A DNA stretch of 64,000 bases from Synechococcus sp. (GCA_047285805.1 JBJBCN010000002.1:187798-251797); one strand, 5' to 3'. Shown: positions 39,022 through 47,864, counted from the first letter of the stretch. A program made the numbers and translations. The notes: generated by a model from the sequence alone, not told the origin.

Positions 39022-39621
39022 ATGTCCTTCCGCTTCCTCCCTGATGTCCCCGCCAGTGCCGTGCGGATGCCGGTGGGTCAAACCGTCCTGCTGGATCCCC
39101 CACGCCATGCCGGCGCGAGCTGCATCGAGGTGCTCGAGGGGATGGCCCGCGTCTACTGTCCCTGCGAGGAGACAGAGGGGATGACCTTGGCCTTTCTGCA
39201 GCCCGGCGATCAGCTGCGCACGGATCGGATCTGCACTGAGGGGGTGTGCGTGGAGGCGTTAACTCCACTGGTCTTCAGCAGTGACGCTGAGGCGGTCGGC
39301 TACAACGGCTTCGATCCTGTCAATGAGTGGACCCTGCAGTTGCTGCGCATCCGCCACCTGGGTTCGACTGAGCAGCGCTTGCATGCTCTGTTGAGTCTGT
39401 TAGTGCATCGCCTGGGGCGCCGTTGTGGTGACTGGTGCGACCTGCCCTTCCGCCTCACCCATGACCGCATTGGTGAGTTGATCGGCGCCACGCGGGTGAC
39501 GACGACTCGGATGATCTCTAAGTTCCGTCAGGCCCAGTTGCTGGAGACCCCGGTGGGTCAGGGTGGTCTGCGCTTGGCGCCCGCCTTGGTGGATTCGGCC
39601 CCCCTGGCGGCGGGGTTCTGA
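39022..39621 (+). CDS. Crp/Fnr family transcriptional regulator
   Basis: cNMP-like domain (GM.RVY...LAFLQPGD) and HTH LTH..IGELIGATRVTTTR. Confidence 0.88.
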   Translation: MSFRFLPDVPASAVRMPVGQTVLLDPPRHAGASCIEVLEGMARVYCPCEETEGMTLAFLQPGDQLRTDRICTEGVCVEALTPLVFSSDAEAVGYNGFDPVNEWTLQLLRIRHLGSTEQRLHALLSLLVHRLGRRCGDWCDLPFRLTHDRIGELIGATRVTTTRMISKFRQAQLLETPVGQGGLRLAPALVDSAPLAAGF

Positions 39622-39624
39622 TCG

Positions 39625-39900
39625 ATGCGCTCCATGCAGGCTTCAACTAGTGCGATCGGCTCTCTCTGCGGAGAAGCCCATGCCTTGCGTGTGCGTCTCG
39701 TCCAGATCGACGCGGATCAGCGGCGCTGCCAGGCCCCTGCCCTCTGCAGACGCCTGCGGCGGGAGTCTGAGCAGCTCATCGTGCGCTTGGCGGAGCTGGG
39801 GCGCATCGCCAGCTGGCTGCAATCGGCGCCCGTGGTAGTCGATCGCCTGAGCTTGGCGCTGTTTCAGGAGTTGTGCGGGCGGCCCTTGCCCTGCTCTTAG
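39625..39900 (+). CDS. Hypothetical protein
   Basis: 91-aa ORF directly behind the crp-type gene, host-like codons. Confidence 0.55.
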   Translation: MRSMQASTSAIGSLCGEAHALRVRLVQIDADQRRCQAPALCRRLRRESEQLIVRLAELGRIASWLQSAPVVVDRLSLALFQELCGRPLPCS

Positions 39901-40481
39901 GCGACCGAGGTTGGTGCGTTCTGGCCAGCGGCCAGCTCCCCGTCGATCACGAGCAAGGCGGCGGAGTCGGAGTGGCTGAAGGCGATGCGATCGAGCAGGT
40001 GAGCGGCTTGGTTTTCCGCGTCGATCTGCCCCTGGACGATCGGATCTAGGAAGACCGTGGTGCGCACGTCACCACTGCGTTCGGCCATGGCATAGAGCTG
40101 ATGCAAAGAGGCGGTCACCTCCGCTTCCATCTGGAAGATGCCACGGAAGATCTCCTCAACGCTGCTCCAGCTTTGCCGAGGGGCGAGTAGCGGTTCGAGG
40201 GCAACGGACTGGCCCCGGGCAATCAGGTAGTCGGCAAATAGTCCGGCGTGGTGCTGTTCTTCGCTCGATTCCTGTTTCAAGAACGCGCTGAAGCCCCGCA
40301 GGCCGCGCTCGGTAAACCAGATCGCCAGGGCCCAGTAGGCGGCGCTGGACTGGCGCTCCATCGTTAGGTGCTCCTTAAGGCATTCGAGCAGGTCGGCGGC
40401 CATGGGTTGGGCCATGGCGCGCCCGGCGGGTCCCCGGGCGATGGCTTGGTCGCTGTCTCCGCGAACGATGGATTGGGTCAT
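39897..40481 (-). CDS. ftn: Ferritin
   Basis: ME..SS..Y, E..EE..HA, E..VT, F.DP....Q..AE ferroxidase pattern. Confidence 0.9.
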   Translation of the reverse strand: MTQSIVRGDSDQAIARGPAGRAMAQPMAADLLECLKEHLTMERQSSAAYWALAIWFTERGLRGFSAFLKQESSEEQHHAGLFADYLIARGQSVALEPLLAPRQSWSSVEEIFRGIFQMEAEVTASLHQLYAMAERSGDVRTTVFLDPIVQGQIDAENQAAHLLDRIAFSHSDSAALLVIDGELAAGQNAPTSVA

Positions 40482-40568
40482 AGCTTGCCGCGCAGAGCTG
40501 GCTTCAAGCTAAGGAATCTGCAGGGGTGTTGCAATCCGGCCCCCACAAGCGACTTGACTTGCGCAAAA

Positions 40569-40583
40569 GAGAATCGATTGCAA
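40569..40583. promoter_or_regulatory. Fur-box-like site between ferritin and the small ORF
   Basis: gagaatcgattgcaa, 14/15 identical to 38948-38962. Confidence 0.5.
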
Positions 40584-40622
40584 TAAGATGAACGCATTGA
40601 GATCGAGCCCGATTCGCCCCTG

Positions 40623-40763
40623 ATGGCCCAATCCATTGGTCCTGCTTCTGATCTCCCGCTGCAGCCCCAGGGCAGGGTTCAGGCCTGCGCCAAGAAGAAG
40701 GGCTGCAAGGAGAAGAAGTGCTCGAAGTGGAAGGGCGGTAAGTGCCGCTGCGGTCGGGACTGA
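40623..40763 (+). CDS. 46-aa Cys/Lys-rich peptide
   Basis: MAQSIGPASDLPLQPQGRVQACAKKKGCKEKKCSKWKGGKCRCGRD; strong GC3 bias in the Cys/Lys half; not in the ORF track. Confidence 0.65.
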   Translation: MAQSIGPASDLPLQPQGRVQACAKKKGCKEKKCSKWKGGKCRCGRD

Positions 40764-40789
40764 TACCTTGCGTTCCGCTGGCTGAGTGC

Positions 40790-41560
40790 AGCGGCGCTGC
40801 GGTCTTCAGGCGGGGCTTGCTGTTTCCAGGCTTCGACGCCGGTGAGCAGGTCCGAGGCCCTTATTAATTCCGAGGCCCTTATTAATAAGGAGAAGCCGCG
40901 CTGTGGGTGGCGATCGCTCAGATGCGGGGCGAGCCGTTGTCACGCAACGGCACCCACGGCTCCCCCCAGCAGTAAGGGCACGAGCAGGAGCAGGCTCGCC
41001 TGCGGCCAGTAGCCGAGGGCTGCCAGGGCGACCAGGGCATTGACGGCAATCAGCAACAGGCTGGTGCCGCCAGCCAGGGCCATGGGCAGCCCCGCGAGAA
41101 GGACAAGGGCCGGCACGTTGGCAAAGCCGCCGCCGACACCGGTAATGCCGGTCAGGAGGCCCACCAGCAGGCCCTACAGCTCAGCGGCCCGGCGGGGACC
41201 TGGGGTCGCGCTGGCCTGACGCAGCAGCAGCAGCCAGGAGGTCAAGAGTGCCGCGGACGCAAAGACGCTGAGTTGGACGGCCTCAGGAATTAGCCCGGCT
41301 TTGACCCAGCTGCCGCATAGGGCCGGCAGGCTCAGGAGCAGGGCTGGTCTTGGGGCGAATTGGCTGCGGTGCAGGTAGGGCCCCATGTTCGTTAGGGCCA
41401 GGAGCATGACGACGATGAGCGAGAGCGAAACGGCCTCCACGGTGGGCAGGGCGGCACCGCTCAACAACAGAGGCAGCAGCAGGATTGAGCCTCCGGCCCC
41501 GAGGACGGAGAGCAAAAAGCCGATCAGGCCGCCCCCCGGTCCCAGCAGCAGGCTGATCAC
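40790..41560 (-). pseudogene. Sulfite exporter TauE/SafE pseudogene
   Basis: LGAGGSILLLP and G..GVGGGF..VP motifs; in-frame stops at 41174-41176 and 40940-40942; end approximate. Confidence 0.8.
40851..40886. repeat. Perfect 18-bp tandem duplication
   Basis: tccgaggcccttattaat x2. Confidence 0.9.
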
Positions 41561-42079
41561 ATGGAGATCCGGTTCCAGGACATGACGGTAAGCAGCCGGG
41601 CCATCCCGCTGAAGCCGCTGACGCCAGCGAAGGTCAGGCCGGCACCCACGAACCAGGTGAGGGCAATCCAGCCAGGGGCGACGGTGTTGCTCAGGATCAG
41701 CCCCAGCAGGATCAGCGATCCCGCCGCGATTTGCACCTGGCGCATCAGGGGGAGAGGGGCTTTTTTGAGCTTGCGGATGGGGACGCCAGCCCCCTGCTAG
41801 GTGGGTAGGCCTCCTTGAAGTTCGCTGAAGGGATGGGGATGGCTTTGGGCCGATCAGTTGTCCTAGGGCGCGACGGCTGCGGTTGCGGCTCTGGCAGGCC
41901 AGCACTAGGGGGGCCTGAGGAAGGTCGGCCCGTAGCAGGCGATTCAGTGGAATGTTGAGGCTGCCGGCGATGTGGCCGCTGGCTTACTCCATTGGCTCGC
42001 GCACGTTGATCACGCTGACGCGTTTGGCGGAGAGTTGATCGGCCAAGTCGCGGGCGCTGATCGGTTGGGAGTGGGTCAT
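41557..42079 (-). pseudogene. Rhodanese + DUF2892 (YgaP-like) pseudogene
   Basis: VREPME*ASGHIAGS.NIPL, then LACQS..RS in a shifted frame, then [14 protein letters not shown]. Confidence 0.8.
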
Positions 42080-42123
42080 CGGTTGGCTGGCAGTGGAAGG
42101 ACGGGTGTGAAAGCCGAGGGGAA

Positions 42124-43245
42124 TCAGGTGTTAAGGGAGCCGACGAGTGGGTAGCCCTCATCGCTCCAGCGCAGAAGACCGCCGCGGAGATTGGCGACGC
42201 GCTCGAAGCCGGCCTTGAGGAGCTTTTGGGTCGCGAGGGCCGAGCGACTTCCCGCGTGGCAGACCACGACAAGGGGGCGGTCGCTCGGGAGTTCCCCCTG
42301 GCGTTGCTCGAGTTCCGGCAGCGGGATGTTCACGCTGGTTTCGATACGGCCATCCGGGCCCTCCACTTCGTCCTCTGAGCGGACGTCGAGAACTGTGACC
42401 GCGCTGCGGTGCTCCGCCAGCCAGCTGGGGGGTAGCTCGGGCAGCCCGGCGAAGCTGCGCTGAATGGGGGCCCAGTACTGGGCGGGTTGCTCCTCGCGGG
42501 GTTGGCCCGAGCGGAGATTCCCGGGGAGGGCGATCGAGATCTTGCCCGGGTGGGGGAGCTTCATGTTGGTCATGTGTCCCACGAAGTCGCGTTCATTGGC
42601 GCCTCCCCCGAGGCGCGCGTTGAAGGCTTTTTCTTCGGCGACCGAGGAGAGCGTGCGACCGGTGTAGTCGTGGCCGGGGTAGAGCAGGCAGCTGTTGGGC
42701 AGGCTGAAGATCTGCTCGGTGATCGAGCGCCACAGGGTGTGGGGGTCTCCCTGTTGGAAGTCGCAGCGGCCGCAGCCGCGAACCAGCATGGCGTCGCCGG
42801 TGAAGGCGGCGGACTGATCGTCCAGGACATAGGTGACGCAGCCGTCGGTGTGTCCGGGGGTGCTGCGCACCCCGAGATGACGTCCGCCAAAACGCACCTG
42901 ATCGCCGTGCTCGAGGGGCAGGCTGACGTTTTTGGCGCGGGCCGCTTTGGCCAGGCCGATGACACAGCCGGTCGCTTGCTGAATGAGCCAGCTGCCGGTG
43001 ACGTGGTCAGCGTGGGCATGCGTGTCCAAGGTGGCCACAAGGGTGATGCCCAGCTCACGAATCAAGGAGAGATCCCGCTCGTGTTGCTCAAACACCGGAT
43101 CGATCAGTACCCCTTCGCTAGAGGCGACTTCGGCAAGCAAATAGGTGTAGGTCCCGGTTGTTGCATCGAAGAGTTGGCGATGCAGCAGGGGCTGACCGCC
43201 TGCTGCATCCCGGAGCGCGATCGGGGATGGCGCGGTGGAGACCAT
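42124..43245 (-). CDS. Persulfide dioxygenase (ETHE1-like MBL)-rhodanese fusion
   Basis: T.TYTYLL, DTHAHADH, TPGHT.GC, GRCDF, YPGHDY; rhodanese CHAGSRS. Confidence 0.88.
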   Translation of the reverse strand: MVSTAPSPIALRDAAGGQPLLHRQLFDATTGTYTYLLAEVASSEGVLIDPVFEQHERDLSLIRELGITLVATLDTHAHADHVTGSWLIQQATGCVIGLAKAARAKNVSLPLEHGDQVRFGGRHLGVRSTPGHTDGCVTYVLDDQSAAFTGDAMLVRGCGRCDFQQGDPHTLWRSITEQIFSLPNSCLLYPGHDYTGRTLSSVAEEKAFNARLGGGANERDFVGHMTNMKLPHPGKISIALPGNLRSGQPREEQPAQYWAPIQRSFAGLPELPPSWLAEHRSAVTVLDVRSEDEVEGPDGRIETSVNIPLPELEQRQGELPSDRPLVVVCHAGSRSALATQKLLKAGFERVANLRGGLLRWSDEGYPLVGSLNT

Positions 43246-43262
43246 GAACTCCGCTTCAGGCT

Positions 43263-43281
43263 TGTATGACTATATACGCAT
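43263..43281. promoter_or_regulatory. Operator-like 19-mer upstream of pdo
   Basis: Reverse complement atgcgtatatagtcataca; 17/19 identical to 43918-43936. Confidence 0.5.
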
Positions 43282-43294
43282 AAAGCCTTTGGTC

Positions 43295-43900
43295 TTACGT
43301 GTCCTTCTTTTGCCCGAATGCTTGAACGACGGCGCTCTTGCCCTGGTGGAGGGGACCTTCTTCAATCCAGCGCTCGGTTTCCTGCAGTTCCAGCCAGGTC
43401 ATGCCCTCGAGTTCCTCCTGGAGTTGCTTGGCTGTGATCAGGAGTTCCGGGTTCGGCGGGCCGCCGGTTGCATGGCGCAGCTGCTCCGGGGTGTAGGCCT
43501 CAAGAATCAGATGGCCGCCGGGCCTTAATGCGGCAACGGTGAGCCGGTGCACCAGGGCCCGCAGCTCTGGCTCCAGGTGCATCCAGATGGCGACGACAAG
43601 GTCGACACTTTCGGGTTCGGGCTTGAACTCCCGCAGGTCTCCGCAGACGCAGGTCAGGTTGACCCCCTGGTCTTGGGCCAGTTGCTTGGCTTTCTCAAGG
43701 CCGACCGGGCTGAGGTCCTGGGCGGTGACGCGATGGCCCTTTTGGGCCAAGTGCACAGCGTTGCGTCCGCCTCCTTCCGCGAGGCAGAGCGCGTCGCCAG
43801 GGGGGAGCTTGGCCACTGATGCCCGCAGGAAGTCATTGGGTTCGGTTCCGTAGGCGTGCCCGCTCTCGCGGAAGCGCTGATCCCAGAACTCCTGATTCAT
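43295..43900 (-). CDS. Class I SAM-dependent methyltransferase (TehB/TPMT-like)
   Basis: FWD.RF...YG.EPN.FL, CLAEGGGRNA, L.PGG..ILE. Confidence 0.85.
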   Translation of the reverse strand: MNQEFWDQRFRESGHAYGTEPNDFLRASVAKLPPGDALCLAEGGGRNAVHLAQKGHRVTAQDLSPVGLEKAKQLAQDQGVNLTCVCGDLREFKPEPESVDLVVAIWMHLEPELRALVHRLTVAALRPGGHLILEAYTPEQLRHATGGPPNPELLITAKQLQEELEGMTWLELQETERWIEEGPLHQGKSAVVQAFGQKKDT

Positions 43901-43917
43901 GGCCGAGGCCAGGCATA

Positions 43918-43936
43918 ATGCGTCTATCGTCATACA
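43918..43936. promoter_or_regulatory. Operator-like 19-mer in the methyltransferase/arsR divergent promoter
   Basis: atgcgtctatcgtcataca. Confidence 0.5.
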
Positions 43937-43962
43937 GTATTGCAATGGGCGCCGCAGGTGCA

Positions 43963-44283
43963 ATGCCCTCCCACGAGTTGCTGGAGGAGTACAGCCAGTT
44001 TTTTCGTCTGCTGAGCGAGCCGGCCCGGCTGCAGCTGCTTTGTCACCTAAAGCAGGGGCCGACCGATGTCGCCTCCTTGATTGAGGCGACGGGGTTTTCC
44101 CAATCCCACATCAGTCGTCAGCTCGGTCAGCTCCAGCGGGCTGGGCTGGTGCGCTGCGAGCGCGAGGGCACGCGCACGATCTGGCAAGCGGATGGTGACT
44201 TGGTGGATGACCTTTGTGCGTTAGTTCAGAACCGGCTCAGGCAGAGGCTTCAGGCGCAGCTGGATCAGCTCCAGTCGGTGTAA
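43963..44283 (+). CDS. ArsR/SmtB family regulator
   Basis: F..LSEPARL.LL..L, SQS.ISRQL..L..AGLV; three Cys; alternative ATG at 43945. Confidence 0.9.
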   Translation: MPSHELLEEYSQFFRLLSEPARLQLLCHLKQGPTDVASLIEATGFSQSHISRQLGQLQRAGLVRCEREGTRTIWQADGDLVDDLCALVQNRLRQRLQAQLDQLQSV

Positions 44284-44379
44284 ACGGTCCGTTTTCTGTT
44301 CGCAATGCTTAAGCGCCCCTTGATTTCTGTTTGATCAGCGGTAATCGACGTAGGTTGGACGCCTTCGGTAAAGGGGGCG

Positions 44380-44640
44380 ATGCAGGTCACGCACCGGTCT
44401 GAGGACAAGGTCCAGATCACGATGAGCCGCGAAGAAGTCGCGATGCTCGTCGATCTCTGCCATGCAGCAGCCTTCTCCGACCTTCTTCCTCAGCGCCGCG
44501 AGTCTCAGGTGCGGGTGCAGCGCTTCGTCTGGGATGTGCAGAACACCCTCTTTGATGCGGCCCAGTCCGTCTGGCAGTCCAAGCGTCACCTGACAATGCC
44601 GGTGGCTTCCGTTTGCCGCCGCTCCTCCGCGGCCGCCTGA
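44380..44640 (+). CDS. Hypothetical protein
   Basis: 86-aa ORF, host-like codons. Confidence 0.6.
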   Translation: MQVTHRSEDKVQITMSREEVAMLVDLCHAAAFSDLLPQRRESQVRVQRFVWDVQNTLFDAAQSVWQSKRHLTMPVASVCRRSSAAA

Positions 44641-44643
44641 GAT

Positions 44644-45867
44644 CTAAAGCCGCGCAATCAGCAGTTCAGCGAGTGATTCCGCGCTGCTCAGCGCGCCCTC
44701 GATGCGCCCAGAGCCGTCCCCAGCCAGGCTGTCGCCGCAGAAGCCGATGGCGCTCCCCGGGCAGAGGCGATGGCTCGGGTCTAGTCCGGGAGGGGTTGGG
44801 AAGGCGGCCCCCCAGCGCATCAGTTGTGTTTGCGCTCCCGCCAGTGGCAGCCCCGTGAGATCGATGAGGGCGTCGTGCAGGGCATCGAGCACCTGGGCCT
44901 CAGCGGCGGGCGCGGGTTTGGCCCCCAGCAGTTGGGCGGCTGAGGAGCGTGAGCCGTAGACATCGAGATGGGCCGCGGCAAAGGCCAGGCTGGATTCCGC
45001 CACCACGACACATCGTCCATCCGCGAGTGGTTGCACGCCGATGCGGCGCAATCCCCAACGCTCCTGTGCCGTAGGGGTGCATTGCAGAAGATCCCAGGGC
45101 ATGGCCAGCCAAGACCGGGCAGTCTCTTGGGGAAGGGTCGCCAGAAGGTTGCAGCTGGCTTGAGCGTCGATCGAGGCCAGCTGCGCCTGGGCGGTGCTCA
45201 GTTGGGGGTCCGCGAGCTGCTGAGCGGCATGCGCCAGCGGGATCTCTGTCCAGCCAAAGACCTGCTGCCCGCGGGGATGGGCCAGAAGAGTTCCGCTCAG
45301 TACAAGCCAGCGGGCCTCGACAACCGCTGCCCCCGAGGCGTCCTGCAGGGTCCAGGTCACACCTGCCTTGGATCGCTCCGGCTGCAGATGGCGCACGAGT
45401 GTCCCAAAGCGTCGGTTCAGTGCTCCTACCTGTTCGGCGGCCAGATCAAGCAGCCCTGCGCAAAGCCGGTCCATTCCCCCATCGCCCTGCCAGAGGCTTC
45501 CGTCACTGAAGCCATCTGCAATGGCCGGGCCGAGGCTGCGCTGCGCATCCAGGCTCTGAATGGATCCGGTAAAGGGGCGGATTGCCCCGCGTTGCTCGAG
45601 GGCCTTGACCAGGGCCGGCAGTGTCTGGGCGCGAATGTTGAAGAGCGGTGCTCCGTGGTTGATGCGTAGGCCGTCGTCCTGCCTGGAATAGCGGGTGGCG
45701 GCCCGTCCGCCGGGTCCCCGGCCGATCTCCAGCAGGTCGATGGACCCCGGCCAGCCGCGCTGACGCAGGCTGGCGGCGAGGGCGCAACCGGATACCCCAG
45801 CGCCAACGATGGCGAGATCAACGCGCGGGGTGGGTGAGGCCAACGGGAGCGACCAGGGCATGACCAT
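44644..45867 (-). CDS. Renalase-like FAD-dependent oxidoreductase
   Basis: IVGAGVSG, E.GRGPGGR.ATR, NHGAP, RWG.A.P, CGD, IEGA..S. Confidence 0.85.
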   Translation of the reverse strand: MVMPWSLPLASPTPRVDLAIVGAGVSGCALAASLRQRGWPGSIDLLEIGRGPGGRAATRYSRQDDGLRINHGAPLFNIRAQTLPALVKALEQRGAIRPFTGSIQSLDAQRSLGPAIADGFSDGSLWQGDGGMDRLCAGLLDLAAEQVGALNRRFGTLVRHLQPERSKAGVTWTLQDASGAAVVEARWLVLSGTLLAHPRGQQVFGWTEIPLAHAAQQLADPQLSTAQAQLASIDAQASCNLLATLPQETARSWLAMPWDLLQCTPTAQERWGLRRIGVQPLADGRCVVVAESSLAFAAAHLDVYGSRSSAAQLLGAKPAPAAEAQVLDALHDALIDLTGLPLAGAQTQLMRWGAAFPTPPGLDPSHRLCPGSAIGFCGDSLAGDGSGRIEGALSSAESLAELLIARL

Positions 45868-45902
45868 GCTGGGTCTTTGCTTGGGCTGTCGTGGTGGCAG
45901 GA

Positions 45903-46391
45903 ATGGATCTATCGATCACGGCCGCGGCGTTGCTGGAAGAAGAGGGGCGCGTTCGGGCGGCAGGGACCGGGATTCAGCCGACGGATCTGCTGGGGTGCTG
46001 GCAGTTGGAGCAGGTCTGGCCGAAGGGGGAGCGCCAGGCGGCCCAGTTCTCCGGTGTCCTGCTGCGGGGGCTGGCGGCGCAATTGGAAATCCAGATGCAG
46101 GACGGGGCGCTGCAATTGCGCAACAGCGTTCGCCTTGGCGGGGTGGAGCTGTTTTTTGAGGGCCCGGGAGCACTGAAGGGGCGTCGCCCCCTGCTGCAAT
46201 TCCAGTTCCTGCGCATGGGGTTGCGTGTCGCCAGCCGGCAGTGGTGGGGCCGTGCCCTACCCGCTCCGGCTCCCCAACGGATGCCCTTCTTTGCCTTGAT
46301 TCAGCGTGATCCATCCGGTTGGCTGACGGCCCGAGGCCGGGGGGGTGGCCTCGCCCAATGGCGGCTGGCTCGCCAAGATGGGCCCAGTTGA
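45903..46391 (+). CDS. Hypothetical protein (fibrillin/lipocalin-like barrel)
   Basis: L.G.WQL..VW, NSV.LG..EL.F.G, L.ARGRGGGLA.W. Confidence 0.55.
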   Translation: MDLSITAAALLEEEGRVRAAGTGIQPTDLLGCWQLEQVWPKGERQAAQFSGVLLRGLAAQLEIQMQDGALQLRNSVRLGGVELFFEGPGALKGRRPLLQFQFLRMGLRVASRQWWGRALPAPAPQRMPFFALIQRDPSGWLTARGRGGGLAQWRLARQDGPS

Positions 46392-46405
46392 GCGCTGGAT
46401 GGGCG

Positions 46406-46669
46406 ATGGGGTGCCCCCGCTGCGGGAGCTGGTCGGTGAAATCCGACCGAAGCCTGGGAGGCCGAATGGTTTGTGGTCGCTGCGGGACACCGCTTGATGG
46501 TGTCGCCCAGCGGGGCCGTGGTCCGATGCCGAGGTTGTCGGGCATGTCCCGTCAGCCTTGGCGGCTTGGCTTGATCGTCCTGGTGGTGTTCGCCGCACTG
46601 TTCGCCGCCTGGAATCCCCGCCAGCCGGTGCCCTCCCAACGCACCCCGGCCTCCCAGGGCTTCCTCTGA
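46406..46669 (+). CDS. Small zinc-ribbon membrane protein
   Basis: CPRC-x16-CGRC plus a C-terminal TM helix. Confidence 0.6.
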   Translation: MGCPRCGSWSVKSDRSLGGRMVCGRCGTPLDGVAQRGRGPMPRLSGMSRQPWRLGLIVLVVFAALFAAWNPRQPVPSQRTPASQGFL

Positions 46670-46706
46670 TCGGTCAGGGTGGGGCCGCTGCTGCGCCCGC
46701 TGATCG

Positions 46707-47096
46707 ATGGCCGATGCCCCTTATTTGATCGTTCTGGCTTTGCTGGAGCAGGGAGGGGAGCTGGCGATGCCCCTGCAGGGCAAGTCCTTGCGCGAGGCCC
46801 TGCCGGCAGGCGCGGACCCCGGCGAGGTGGGGCGTCAGCAGGCCTTGGATCTCCTGGTTCGGGTCTGGCAGCGCAGCGACCAGGGCGCCTTGCGTCGTGC
46901 CGCCGCGGAGCGGAGTTTGTTGCTGGTCACGGTTCCCATTGAGTCCTTGCAGGAGCAGCTCCCCGCCCTGAAGGCCCAATGGCTGAGTGACGGCGATACC
47001 GCGTCGTTGATCGCTGCCTTGAAAGAGCTTGGAGGTGGACTCTGGTCGCTGACCATGGACCATCGCCAGCCGCTGGTGTATCAGACGCTTGGGTAG
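46707..47096 (+). CDS. Conserved hypothetical protein
   Basis: ALDLLVRVWQRSD.G motif, host-like codons. Confidence 0.65.
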   Translation: MADAPYLIVLALLEQGGELAMPLQGKSLREALPAGADPGEVGRQQALDLLVRVWQRSDQGALRRAAAERSLLLVTVPIESLQEQLPALKAQWLSDGDTASLIAALKELGGGLWSLTMDHRQPLVYQTLG

Positions 47097-47100
47097 ACGT

Positions 47101-47316
47101 TCAGTTGTATTCGCCGGGCACGTCGTTCTTATGGACGGTCACCCGGTCGAATTTCTTGCCTGAGACCCGTAGCAGTTCATCGCCGGAGAACTCGAAGCCC
47201 AGCTTCAGTCCGATCTGGGCGACGTCATCAGCGGTCGCGGCGGCCAGCACTTGCTGCTTTAGGGGATCATCGGCTTGCAGCCGGGCCAGGAACGCCTTGA
47301 GTTGATCGAGCGACAT
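47101..47316 (-). CDS. Nif11-like leader domain protein
   Basis: MS.DQLKAFL......L...V.AA...DDVA.I...LGFEFS.DEL. Confidence 0.85.
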   Translation of the reverse strand: MSLDQLKAFLARLQADDPLKQQVLAAATADDVAQIGLKLGFEFSGDELLRVSGKKFDRVTVHKNDVPGEYN

Positions 47317-47351
47317 GGCAGCGCCGATGGGCGCCACAGTCTCCCAGAGCC

Positions 47352-47857
47352 TCAGAGCCAGTGATGCGGGTAGTGCTCTTCTCCCGGCTGCGGGCGGCTG
47401 TAGGCCACGGCGACCAGCATCATCACGAGTGAGCCACTGAGCACGGGCATCCAGATGAACCCGGCCTGCGCCTTAAGCAGGACCCCCAGCAAGGCCACCG
47501 CCCCGGCCGGTGGATGCAGGCAACGCAGCACTTGCCCCAGCACAATGTCCACACCCATCACCCAGGGGCCATCGCCGAAAGCCATGACGCAGCTGACGCT
47601 GACCGCGGCGGCCACGCTGTTGCCGAACACCACATTCCGCGGTTGCGCCAAGGGGCTTGATGGGTGGCCGAAGAGCAGCACCGTCGAAGCTCCGAAGGGG
47701 GCCACGACTAGGTGGTAGTTGCTCCAGAGACTGATCAGGCTGAGGGCCCTGATCGCGAGGAGGGGCCAATCCAGGCTCCGATGACTTGCCGCTGCTGGAA
47801 GCGGGGCTGTTAGTCCCGTCCCCGTTGACGCTCCGCCCATATCCTCTTCCAGACCAT
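47352..47857 (-). pseudogene. HPP family transporter, 5' end disrupted
   Basis: APFGAS.VLLFG.P.SPLAQPRN and HPPAGA motifs; from ATG 47857 the frame reads MVWKRIWAERQRGRD*QPRF...WIG, then a frameshift. Confidence 0.65.
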
Positions 47858-47864
47858 CTGCTCC

